36,135 bases of DNA from Octopus bimaculoides (taxonomy: Eukaryota), in contig NC_068981.1 of NCBI RefSeq assembly GCF_001194135.2, positions 180,905,775-180,941,909 on the forward strand, in the 5' to 3' direction. Below the pieces are notes generated by a model. The model did not search any database, was not told the DNA's origin, and worked only from the letters and a program-made list of their open reading frames with translations. Position 1 is the stretch's first letter. Each line of letters opens with the position of its first letter. This document shows, piece by piece, positions 12,164-23,515 of this stretch. Both the position numbers and the translations under genes were made by a program.

Positions 12164-12866
12164 NNNNNNNNNNNNNNNNNNNNNNNNNNNNNNNNNNNNN
12201 NNNNNNNNNNNNNNNNNNNNNNNNNNNNNNNNNNNNNNNNNNNNNNNNNNNNNNNNNNNNNNNNNNNNNNNNNNNNNNNNNNNNNNNNNNNNNNNNNNNN
12301 NNNNNNNNNNNNNNNNNNNNNNNNNNNNNNNNNNNNNNNNNNNNNNNNNNNNNNNNNNNNNNNNNNNNNNNNNNNNNNNNNNNNNNNNNNNNNNNNNNNN
12401 NNNNNNNNNNNNNNNNNNNNNNNNNNNNNNNNNNNNNNNNNNNNNNNNNNNNNNNNNNNNNNNNNNNNNNNNNNNNNNNNNNNNNNNNNNNNNNNNNNNN
12501 NNNNNNNNNNNNNNNNNNNNNNNNNNNNNNNNNNNNNNNNNNNNNNNNNNNNNNNNNNNNNNNNNNNNNNNNNNNNNNNNNNNNNNNNNNNNNNNNNNNN
12601 NNNNNNNNNNNNNNNNNNNNNNNNNNNNNNNNNNNNNNNNNNNNNNNNNNNNNNNNNNNNNNNNNNNNNNNNNNNNNNNNNNNNNNNNNNNNNNNNNNNN
12701 NNNNNNNNNNNNNNNNNNNNNNNNNNNNNNNNNNNNNNNNNNNNNNNNNNNNNNNNNNNNNNNNNNNNNNNNNNNNNNNNNNNNNNNNNNNNNNNNNNNN
12801 NNNNNNNNNNNNNNNNNNNNNNNNNNNNNNNNNNNNNNNNNNNNNNNNNNNNNNNNNNNNNNNNNN

Positions 12867-12912
<46 letters not shown>

Positions 12913-14474
12913 GAACAACAACTAGAGGACGTGGTACATGCAGAGTATTAAGATGCTCAAAGAAGGAAAGGAAGGATGTTTTACATTTCAAGCAAAGCTG
13001 TTATTCAGAAGCATGGGACAGAGGGATGTCCAAGAGAAAGGGAAGACAGAGGAAAAAAAAATCTTGCCAACAGTCCACATGTGGTTACATCCATATACAT
13101 GCATATGTCTTTATGCATATAGAGTAAATGAATTCCAAAGTGAAGGAAACAGGGGTACTTTTGAAAGAATCGTTATTTTAGCAGATAGTGGAGAAAGCTC
13201 TCTATATCAATTGTGCAGAGAAAAATAATGTTTTAAATGCAGAAAATGTTCACGTCTTTGAGAATAATTATCAGACAAAGTTACACTCTCATAATGGATT
13301 TGCTTGTCCTTTAGAAGAAATAATTATTGTCGTGTGTGTTTGTGTGACATTAACATACATGCACCATTGATTTACTAATATTAATATATATGTTAAAGGA
13401 AGGAATAACTTATAATCTCATGCATATAAAGAGAATATTTTGTCTCCTTTATGAAAATTAAAATCACACATATGTTTATATGCAGGTTTATATACATATG
13501 TTTATGTGCATATGTATATGTATGCACACACACACACACACATATATATAAATATATATAAAATATATTGAATAGAAATGGTTTTTCTGATAATTTTTCC
13601 AGTTTAATAATTAGTTGTTTATAAGTATATTCTATTCATTTTTCAAATACACACACACACACACACACATATATGTATGTATGTATGTATATATATATAT
13701 ATATANNNNNNNNNNNNNNNNNNNNNNNNNNNNNNNNNNNNNNNNNNNNNNNNNNNNNNNNNNNNNNNNNNNNNNNNNNNNNNNNNNNNNNNNNNNNNNN
13801 NNNNNNNNNNNNNNNNNNNNNNNNNNNNNNNNNNNNNNNNNNNNNNNNNNNNNNNNNNNNNNNNNNNNNNNNNNNNNNNNNNNNNNNNNNNNNNNNNNNN
13901 NNNNNNNNNNNNNNNNNNNNNNNNNNNNNNNNNNNNNNNNNNNNNNNNNNNNNNNNNNNNNNNNNNNNNNNNNNNNNNNNNNNNNNNNNNNNNNNNNNNN
14001 NNNNNNNNNNNNNNNNNNNNNNNNNNNNNNNNNNNNNNNNNNNNNNNNNNNNNNNNNNNNNNNNNNNNNNNNNNNNNNNNNNNNNNNNNNNNNNNNNNNN
14101 NNNNNNNNNNNNNNNNNNNNNNNNNNNNNNNNNNNNNNNNNNNNNNNNNNNNNNNNNNNNNNNNNNNNNNNNNNNNNNNNNNNNNNNNNNNNNNNNNNNN
14201 NNNNNNNNNNNNNNNNNNNNNNNNNNNNNNNNNNNNNNNNNNNNNNNNNNNNNNNNNNNNNNNNNNNNNNNNNNNNNNNNNNNNNNNNNNNNNNNNNNNN
14301 NNNNNNNNNNNNNNNNNNNNNNNNNNNNNNNNNNNNNNNNNNNNNNNNNNNNNNNNNNNNNNNNNNNNNNNNNNNNNNNNNNNNNNNNNNNNNNNNNNNN
14401 NNNNNNNNNNNNNNNNNNNNNNNNNNNNNNNNNNNNNNNNNNNATATATATATATATATATATATACATACACA

Positions 14475-14513
<39 letters not shown>

Positions 14514-14925
14514 TATGTGCTGGCAATGGGTTGGACAGCTCCTGTCAAACCATCCAACTCATGCCAGCATGGAAAACGGACACTAAATGATGATGATGAT
14601 ATAGTGATAAGGATGAAATGAATGGTGTATCGGGTAATACAACACATATCCATATTGAATCGTATTTAGGACACAGATATATTATATCATTTGGCATGTA
14701 ACAATATGCAACATCATGAAACATATATATCAAATTTTTAGGTGATGTGCCTCTAAAAGTTCAGTGACACACATACACACACACACACATATTGGGTCAT
14801 CCCATAAATAATGCAGTTTTTAATACTTCTTTTAATTTTCAAAATTAAGATAAACAATGTTCTTTTTTAATCTAAAATATATTCTTCTATATTTTAGAAA
14901 TGAGGAATTTTGTGCATTATTTACA

Positions 14926-15046
14926 TTGGACGATTATGTGTCCTCATCTTGTTTGTTGTTACTACGTTTCGGCTGATTTACCCTCCAGCCTTCATCAGGT
15001 GTCTTGGTGGAATTTTGAACACAACCCTGGGTTTTCATTCGTAAGA
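14926..15046 (-). mobile_element. Penelope-like pLTR relic with hammerhead core
   Basis: Minus strand reads gacac CTGATGA A GGCTGG agggtaaa TCAGCC GAAAC GTA gtaac; the plus-strand form cgtttcggc...gccttcatcagg is a typical PLE motif. Confidence 0.7.
14955..15006 (-). ncRNA. Minimal type-I hammerhead ribozyme-like motif (stem I degenerate)
   Basis: CUGAUGA (14998-14992), extra A, 6-bp stem II, GAAAC, palindromic ACGU stem III, GUA cleavage triplet (14965-14963). Stem I pairs only 2 bp. Confidence 0.55.
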
Positions 15047-15146
15047 GTTCAAGAACATCCGTATACCACACTAAGCATGGGTTCAGGACATCCGTATACC
15101 ACACTAAGCATGGCTTCATGACATCTGTAAACCGCACTAAGAATGG
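15047..15146 (+). repeat. 33-bp minisatellite, three units
   Basis: gttcaagaacatccgtataccacactaagcatgg / gttcaggacatccgtataccacactaagcatgg / cttcatgacatctgtaaaccgcactaagaatgg, head to tail with no spacers. Confidence 0.9.
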
Positions 15147-16421
15147 GACGATCGTAATTGTAGTTTCAATGTCTCAAGTGAACCACGAAACTCTCGGCTC
15201 TTGAGAGAGGAAGAGAGGACGAAATGGTGAAAGTCTATATGGTCCTTGGTTTGCAAGAAATAGCGGTCCAAACAGCTTTGAAATTACAGGCTACCCTCTT
15301 AAAACAGGAAGGATGCTATTGATAATGTAGATCTGGGAGCATTATGCTTGAACAAAGAAACAGTCATGAAGATCGTGACTAGAACGCCTTATGAGTATTT
15401 GTTTTCTGCTTGATCAAGACTGAGCTGGAGCTAACACAAATTTCCCTAACAGCTGTTTCAGATCAGTCATCGATTGACAATAAGATCTTTTATACTTTCC
15501 ATTTACAACTAGGATGCATTACAGGAATATAATAATCGATACAGTACTTAGCTTGTACATTATTTCATCGGCCTTCCGAAGGATGAAAGGTAAAGTTATC
15601 TTTGGCCAGATTTGTACTCAAAAAGTTTTTTAAAAAAACCTAATTAAATACCGCAAGGTATTTTGTCCGACACTAACGGTCTACCTTTATGAGTTGAAAT
15701 TAGGAAACGAAACAAAATCACTAGAATCTCTTGAAGGTTTAAAGACGTTATAAATTTCTATTAGAATTAAAAATTACTTGAAATTGGTGATCTATTACTA
15801 TTTTTTATGAAGTTTTTAAAAGTTTGTGTGTTGCCTTCCAGCCAAGAAACCGAACAAAAAACTTCGTTTGTTGTGAGAAAACATATTTCATTAAATCATA
15901 TATACATATATCGTTTCGGGATGGTTGCAAGGGAACGCCTTTGATTTTAGGTTAGTTCAACCAGAACTGACCTGGGGCTTAACAACACTATTAATTTGTG
16001 TTAGGGAAACCCTTTTTTTTAAATCTACACAGCTTTGACAAGCACAATTACAAAATAAATACGTCACTTCAGGTGTTTTCACACACAAAAAAAAAACCTT
16101 CAGTTTTATTTTCTAAATATTCCATGAAAATTAGGATTTGAATTGAAGGAGATAGTTGAAATACTTTTATTACTCGGTGGGTATAGTAGCCAATAGAAGA
16201 AATCATAAATGTTATTATTTACCACAAGGACGGCTAATGAAATGGCATTACAAGGACAATTTACAAAACAGATGAGGGTTTGTCGCAGAATCGATTATGG
16301 AAATAAAACACAGCCATGGAAAAACAAAAGGAAACACCCCAAAGGAAGTGGGAAGCCACTTAGGGCTAATCAAGGGACCCTTTCCCCATAGATCCAGAGT
16401 TAATAAGTACATGCTTCAAAT

Positions 16422-17200
16422 TTAGGCACAGGGCCAGCAATTTGAGATGAGGGAGGGAGGGAGTCGATTACATCGACCCCGGTACTTGACAGGTACTTTA
16501 TCGACCCTGAAAGAATGACAGCTAAAGTTAACTTCGGCAAGAGTTGAACTCAGAACATAAAGAATCGGAAGAACTACAGCAAAACATTTCTTCCGGCACT
16601 TTACTGATCCTAACAACTACCGCCCGATTTAAAAAATAATTCTTTTTAATTTTTGGCACAAAACCAGCAATACCGGGGAGACGGGCAAGTCGATTACATC
16701 GATCTCAGTATTTGACTGGTACTTTATTTTATCGGCCCTGGAGGGATGAAAGATAAAGTTGATCCCGGCGAAATTTGAACTCAGAACGTAATGAGTCGGA
16801 AGAAATCCCAGTAAGCATTTTGTCTGAAGCTTTAATGATCCGGCCAACATGATAATCCCTATTTTAATAATGGTTTCTGATTTGGGCACACGGCCAACAA
16901 TTTTGAGGGGAGGGCTTGATCGATACCATCGACTTATGTACTTGACTAAGACGAAGATAAAGAGTACGCACACCAACCGTTTTCGGCGTTCAGGGGTTGG
17001 GTTAGGGTTACGGTTAGGGTTACGCCGAAAACGGGTGGTGTGCGTATTCTTTACCTCCGCCCTTGACTAGTACTTTATTTTATCGACTCTTGGAAGGATA
17101 GTAGACAAAGTTGACTTCGAAGTAGGATTTGGAATCAGAACGCAAGGAGTCGAAAGAACTACAACAAAAAAACTTCTTCCGACACAATATCGATTCTTCC
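16422..17200 (-). mobile_element. Three consecutive same-orientation SINE family B copies (~16422-16625, 16653-16848, 16882-17200)
   Basis: Each contains ggcac...gcaa, catcga...gtactttat..atcg, gaactcagaac and gtcggaagaa motifs; period ~230 bp. Confidence 0.75.
16950..17061. mobile_element. 112-bp MITE with TTAGGG-like core, 40-bp TIRs and ~9-bp TSD
   Basis: TIRs 16950-16989 and 17022-17061 match at 35/40. Spacer tcaggggttgggttagggttacggttagggtt. TSD cttgactaa / cttgactag. Removing it restores the host SINE motif. Confidence 0.85.
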
Positions 17201-18135
17201 CTACTTTAATAATAATGGGAATAGTCCATTAAATCTACCCAAGGACTAAGCTAGTACGTTGTTTTCTTAAACCTGGAAGGATGAAAAACAAAGAAATACC
17301 GCAAGGTATTCTATAAGAAAGAAATTAGGAAACGCATCATGTGTGACAGAAAGGGGTCAGATAAGATAAACCCGGTAATAGGAATGGAGGGTGTTAATGA
17401 AGCATGGTTTTATAAGAAAGAAAACAAAATAAAAAGAGGCGAGGCTCCTGACATATCTGAAACAACAACATCAGTGACGAGAGGTAAGGCAGGTAAAACT
17501 GTCAGCTATATTTCTAGATTAAATGTTATAACACATTTTCTAGACATATCTACAAGTGGCCTTATCAAAAACGAAGGTGAAAAAAACGACTTTTCTAAAT
17601 TTGTAAATTTTCTCAGTAACTTTATTTGTTTATTCAATAACGTTTTAAAAAGAAATAAAATTCCAAGTATAATTTGAAAAAAAAAATCACAATAACAATA
17701 ACTTTGTAAATCTCTTAACAGATTGCATACACGTGAAATGAAAAACATTTCGAGTCACAAACATGACTGCTAGACCTGTTAGAAATAATAGCTAAATTTT
17801 CCTCGGATTACATCCTTAAATAAATGACACATTAAATAATGAAGTCCTCGGTGGCCCTAAAAAAGGAGGGATGGTCACAGCTGGAATACCTTTGATCATA
17901 AGTATACACGATCACGGTTGACGTGGGACTAACTATTTTACATTGAATGCATTTTCATATTATGACAAATAAATGGGTGTGGATATTTATCTAATTAGTC
18001 ATAAACCATACCTGAATACTATCACCAAATAAGTAATCACTGAGAAAAAAAATAATAAAATCGGAAAATACTCGGGGTCTCGGTGCTTTGGAAAGGGTAT
18101 CTAACTTTACTACCTGTGCGATTGTCACACTGTAG

Positions 18136-18170
18136 GTAGTAAATGGAATCTGGATAATTTCACCAATGAG
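18136..18170 (+). CDS. Candidate 35-nt micro-exon (unidentified)
   Basis: cacactgtAG | GTAGTAAATGG...CAATGAG | GTGAGA. Joins in frame to the donor at 17483/17484 (GAG|GTAAGG), giving ...TSVTRGSKWNLDNFTNE. No homology recognised. Confidence 0.2.
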
Positions 18171-18559
18171 GTGAGAACAGCTTTAAAAGAGTATATATAA
18201 CAAACAGCACTAGTGAAAAATTTTGCCAAACTAACACCACAGAAAAAGAAAAATATAAAATTAAGTTTCAAGAATATAAAAATGAGAGACAGAGAGAAAA
18301 AAGACAAAAGAACTGGAAAAGTTTTTAGAACCATATTAAAAATCAATAATACCTGATAAAAATCGTTGGAACGTTGCGGTATCCATATCACAGAGGATCT
18401 CAATATATTACAAAAAGAATTGTTTTGTGACAGCAATTATATATCTTGCACAGTGCTACGATTTACTCTTCTTTTTTTCATTAATTATATTTGTAGACAT
18501 GAATTTATATATATATTGTTTCTTTGTGAAAGCTCCGGTCAAGAACAGCTTTGCCATAA

Positions 18560-18730
18560 GTTCGCCGTAAAATCACTCACAGCCATGACCACTGGCAAAG
18601 TGCGATGAATAATAATAGACATATACACACCCGTCAGTACGCACACGCATACACATAGATATGCAAGCACTAAGAAGGAAAAAAGAAAGTTAGTGTTAGA
18701 GCACGTGACCTAGCCGACTACGACTTTATT
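18560..18730 (-). promoter_or_regulatory. Candidate promoter / first exon of a minus-strand gene
   Basis: E-box CACGTGAC at 18702-18709, locally dense CpGs, and minus-strand gtggtcATGGCT|GTGAGT (ATG 18586-18584 in strong Kozak context, canonical donor 18580-18575). Confidence 0.3.
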
Positions 18731-18944
18731 TGTTATCAACTAATGTTAGATAATGTGAGTTATTTTCAAATGGAGCACTACTTTTTATGGAATCTCATCA
18801 GTGACATACTTTAATAATGTTACTAAATGTAAGAAAAAGAAATTGTTGTTGCGTTTTCTTAGAAACTAAAACCTTGCACCTAATCTACTATCTTTAAAGT
18901 ATCTAATGCAAAAAAAATGTGTACGCCTTAAAAATTAAAAATAA

Positions 18945-19142
18945 ACTTTAATTTATATGCGTGTGTGTTTGTATGCATATATATGTGTATGATATGAACG
19001 TGTGTACATATATATATATATATATATGCATATATATTTGCGCGCACACACACTTTAATTTATATGCGTGTGTGTTTGTATGCATATATATGTGTATGAT
19101 ATGAACGTGTGTACATATATATATTTGCGCGCGCACACACAC
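18945..19142 (+). repeat. Tandem duplication, ~107-bp period, two copies
   Basis: actttaatttatatgcgtgtgtgtttgtatgcatatatatgtgtatgatatgaacgtgtgtac occurs at 18945 and at 19052. Confidence 0.9.
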
Positions 19143-19324
19143 AACCCACAAACACATACACATACACACACAGCTTCCCAGAGAAATTTTTCACGGTTAA
19201 ACGAGGTTATTTTCGTGTCCATTTCCTGGAAAGGCCTTCATGGAGCCCTCCTTGGATCTCTGAGCCCTAGGCCGACTGAACATCGCCACCTTTAATATGC
19301 TCTGGGGATATGTATGTATGTGTG

Positions 19325-19355
<31 letters not shown>

Positions 19356-19496
19356 GTATGTATGCATGTGTGTGTATGTATGTGTGTGTGCATGTAGGTG
19401 TATATGTATGTCTTTGTGGCTGTGTACATATATAGAGATATACATGCATACAAAAATGCACATACATGCATAAATGCATACATACATACATACATA

Positions 19497-19656
19497 CCGT
19501 ATTTAACGTGTATAAGGAACCCCTAATTTAGGGAGCTTAAAATTTGGAAAAAAGGTTTTGTAGGGGATTATAATGTTATCCATGTATAAGAAACTCCCAT
19601 ATTTTTTTAACCTAATTTTTGACAAAAATAGGTTCCTTATACACGTTAAAATCCGG
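19497..19656. mobile_element. 160-bp pogo/Tigger-like MITE with TA TSD
   Basis: TA|ccgtatttaacgtgtataaggaacc ... ggttccttatacacgttaaaatccgg|TA, with a 20-bp perfect inverted core. Confidence 0.85.
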
Positions 19657-19745
19657 TACATACATAGGTGGTCGTTAAAGTAATGGATCAATTCCTTTGC
19701 AATAATCATTCAGGTTATCTTCACTATCCCACCAAGGCCAACTTT

Positions 19746-19845
19746 GCTTTCATTATCATGAAATTGATACAAAAAATAAAAGCACTATCCAGTACGCTTT
19801 CATTATTATGAAATTGATTAAAGAAAATAAAGTACTGTCCTGTAC
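19746..19845 (+). repeat. 50-bp tandem duplication inside a SINE B remnant
   Basis: gctttcattat(c/t)atgaaattgat...aaataaa.g.act.tcc.gtac occurs twice. Confidence 0.8.
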
Positions 19846-20152
19846 TTCAATCGATTCTTCTCTTTCTTTCAGTCTTTCTCTGTCTAACTGTTTCTCTCAT
19901 CTGGAAGTTGTCAACTACAGTCCAGCCTGAAGAGAGTCTGTCTGCTTTGAAAATGCCCCAGACATGTCATGTTATGACAACACTCCTACAACTACATCAA
20001 GGAATTGAGAGCCCTAGCAAAGGCAATTTGTGTGTGTGTGTGTGTCTGTGCGTGTGCGTGTGTCTGCGTGTGTGTGTGCATGCATGTGTGCATGCATGTG
20101 TGCGTGCATGTGTATGCATGAATCTATATGAATATGTATGTATATGTGCATA

Positions 20153-20184
<32 letters not shown>

Positions 20185-20185
<1 letters not shown>

Positions 20186-20866
20186 GGGCTGTGACTGCTG
20201 AGGAAGTGCAAAGGCTTGAAAGAAATGAAGCTAGTATGCTCCGCTGGATGTGTAATGTCAGTGTGCATGCACAACAGAGTGTAAGCGTCCTGAGAGAAAA
20301 GTTGGACATAAGAAGCATCAGATGTGGTGTGCAAGAGAGACGATTGCACTGGTATGGTCATGTGATGCATATGGATGAGGACAGCTGTGTGAAGAAGTGT
20401 CACGCCTGAACTGTGGAGGGAACCTGTGGAAGAGGTAGACCCAGAAAGAATGGGATGAGGTGGTGAAGTATGACCTTCAAACGTTGGGCTACACTGAGGC
20501 AATGACAAGTGACCAAGACCATTGGAGATATGCTGTGCTTAAGAAGACACGGCAAGCCAAGTGAGATCATAGTCGTGGCTGATACCAGTGTCGCATAACT
20601 GGCTCATTTAAAAGCACCCTTCAATCATTGGCTGATATGCCATGCTTGTGAAGACCTGTTGAACCGAGTGAAATTGTAGTCGTGAAGACTGGCATCCATG
20701 CTGGTGGCACATAAAAATCATCATTCAAGTGTGGCCCATGCCAGTGCGGTCTGACTGGCACCCGTGCCGGAGGCACATAAAAAGCACCATTTGAGTGTGG
20801 CCAATGCCAATGCCAACTGAATGGCACCTGTGCCGGTGGCATGTAAAAAACATCTACTACACTCTT
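20185..20866 (+). mobile_element. RTE-clade LINE: ORF2 C-terminus plus modular 3' UTR (5'-truncated, 3' end lost in gap)
   Basis: WAVTAEEVQRLERNEASMLRWMCNV...IRCGVQERRLHWYGHVMHMDEDSCVKKC, in-frame stop, then GRGRPRK and, after a frameshift, W..VVKYDL...WRYAVLKKTRQAK* (stop 20562-20564). RLxWYGHV and GRPRK are RTE hallmarks. Confidence 0.92.
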
Positions 20867-21390
20867 NNNNNNNNNNNNNNNNNNNNNNNNNNNNNNNNNN
20901 NNNNNNNNNNNNNNNNNNNNNNNNNNNNNNNNNNNNNNNNNNNNNNNNNNNNNNNNNNNNNNNNNNNNNNNNNNNNNNNNNNNNNNNNNNNNNNNNNNNN
21001 NNNNNNNNNNNNNNNNNNNNNNNNNNNNNNNNNNNNNNNNNNNNNNNNNNNNNNNNNNNNNNNNNNNNNNNNNNNNNNNNNNNNNNNNNNNNNNNNNNNN
21101 NNNNNNNNNNNNNNNNNNNNNNNNNNNNNNNNNNNNNNNNNNNNNNNNNNNNNNNNNNNNNNNNNNNNNNNNNNNNNNNNNNNNNNNNNNNNNNNNNNNN
21201 NNNNNNNNNNNNNNNNNNNNNNNNNNNNNNNNNNNNNNNNNNNNNNNNNNNNNNNNNNNNNNNNNNNNNNNNNNNNNNNNNNNNNNNNNNNNNNNNNNNN
21301 NNNNNNNNNNNNNNNNNNNNNNNNNNNNNNNNNNNNNNNNNNNNNNNNNNNNNNNNNNNNNNNNNNNNNTTGTATAAGAATAATAAATTT

Positions 21391-21813
21391 ATTGTTGTAT
21401 TTGGGGATGGTCATGTTGCCAGTTTAGCCAATAAAAACACACGCACTATATATGTGGTGTTAATTTGATTCAGCTTTATTCAATTTTTTATGTTAATCGT
21501 ATTTCGGCCAGAGTTCTTTCGTCACACTTCTGTGACCTCATCAGTGATCCTTTGCTTTCTTTGTGTGTCTTTCCTTACTAACGATCAGCCATTTTGACAA
21601 AATGGCTGATCGTTAGTAAGGAAAGACACACAAATAAGAAAGAAGAAAGCAAAGGACTACTGATGAGGTCACAGAAGCGTAACGAAAGAACTCTGGCCGA
21701 AATACGATTAACATAAAAAATTGAATAAAGCTGAATCAAATTAACACCACATATATAGTGCATGTGTTTTTATTGGTTAAACTGGCAACATGACCATCCC
21801 CAAATACAACAAT
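21391..21813. mobile_element. 423-bp palindrome: inverted Penelope-like pLTR pair
   Basis: Arms 21391-21596 and 21598-21813, centre a21597. Six substitutions plus one 10-nt indel. Each arm carries CTGATGA GGTCA...TGGCC GAAA. Confidence 0.8.
21650..21712 (+). ncRNA. Hammerhead-like core (mirror copy on the minus strand at ~21493-21550)
   Basis: CUGAUGA 21660-21666, stem II GGUCA/UGGCC (21667-21671 / 21694-21698), GAAA 21699-21702. Stems I and III are not canonical by eye. Confidence 0.45.
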
Positions 21814-23423
21814 ATCTGTTTCAAAACACGATTTCATATCAAGAATCTTGCAAAACGAATATATAAACGTAATAATAAATATGTACTCTACAAAAGTATA
21901 AAGTAACCATCAAATTAATGTAAAATTGTTTTTATTATAACTGGAAATAAAAACCAACATTAATGCATGATCGTTGCCAGTGCCTCTGGACTGGCTCTTG
22001 TGCGGGTGGCACATAAAATACACCATTTTGAGAGTGGCCGTTGCCAGTACCGCCTGACTGGCCTTCGTGCAAGTGACACGTAAAAGCACCCACTACACTC
22101 TCTGAGTGGGTGGCGTTAGGAAGGGCATCCAGCTGTAGAAACTCTGCCAAATCAGATTGGAGCCTGGTGTTGCCATCCGGTTTCACCAGTCCTCAGTCAA
22201 ATCGTCCAACCCATGCTAGCATGGAAAGCGGACATTAAACAATGATGATGATGATATATATATATATAATTATGTCTGGGGAAAGCCTTCTCTTTTAGTG
22301 CTTTATTAATTTACTAAAATTTTTACTAAAATTTTCGCTGTGATTTGTTGTAAGGACTGAAAAAATGAGTGTGGCAGACAAATTGCAAGTCACAATGAAA
22401 ATTTTAGTAAAAATAATAAGTAAATGAGTGGAAATGAGTGTCAAATCGATAATGCACCAAACCGACGTTTGAAAACTGACGTTTAATCAATAACAACTTA
22501 AATCAAAACGACTTAAGCCGAGGTATGCCTGTATGTATATTATACAGCAGGCTTCTTTCAGTTTCCGTCTACCAAGGATTTGGTTGGCCCAAGCTACATT
22601 AGAAAATACTTACCTAAGATGCCATGCTGTGAGACTGAATTCAGAGCAATGCGCTTGGGGAACAAACCACTCAACAACTTATCCATGTCTATGCCTGCAT
22701 CACTATCGCAAAACCGCGATGTGATGCTTACATTCCATATTGGCATTATAATCATCATTCAATCTGTGCTTTCAAAAACCATCACCATCATCATCATCAT
22801 TTAACGTTTTGCATGCTGGTATAGGTTGTATGAGTTTACAGGCGCTCTCAAGCTAGAGAACTGTACCAAGCTCTAGTGCCTGCTTTGGCATGGTCTCTAT
22901 GGCTTGATGTTTTTCGTAACATAAATGGGAATTAAACAGGTAAGAGTCAGAAAAGGTGTCCAGCCATAACATGCTGCCTCAGAACATAAGTCCTCATCTA
23001 ACCCATACTAGCATAGAAAAATGGATGTTCAATGTCAATAAACGAATGGTTCAATATTGGTTTGTGAGTGGTCACAATTTTAGCCACAGTCATAATTATT
23101 AATATGCAACTTTAGCAGAGTCATGGTTAGTACCAAGTGTTACTAAAACCATTGATGACTATAGTAAAAAATCTGGGATGGTATTGCTTATCAGCTGTTA
23201 TGATAAGTTTACATGGCTGGGTGGTGAAATAGCTGTAAACAAAACACACATACACTCACTCTACATACATGCATGTATAAATGTATGCGTGTGTATATAT
23301 ATATATACAAACATGCACATACATACACATTTATTTAAATATATGCTTATATACATACATGTATATAAATGCATACATGTATACATATACATATATATAT
23401 GTATATATATATATGAATTTATA

Positions 23424-23473
<50 letters not shown>

Positions 23474-23484
23474 NNNNNNNNNNG

Positions 23485-23515
<31 letters not shown>

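Noticed and set aside
13188-13370. 60-aa ORF (EKALYINCAEKNN...) following an acceptor-like site
   Set aside because: No good donor site and no recognisable homology.
15047-15146. CRISPR-like array
   Set aside because: Units are contiguous with no unique spacers, there are no cas genes, and the context is eukaryotic.
17339-17677. 112-aa ORF as a standalone gene
   Set aside because: No recognisable domain; the 3' half is AT-rich intron-like sequence after strong donor sites.
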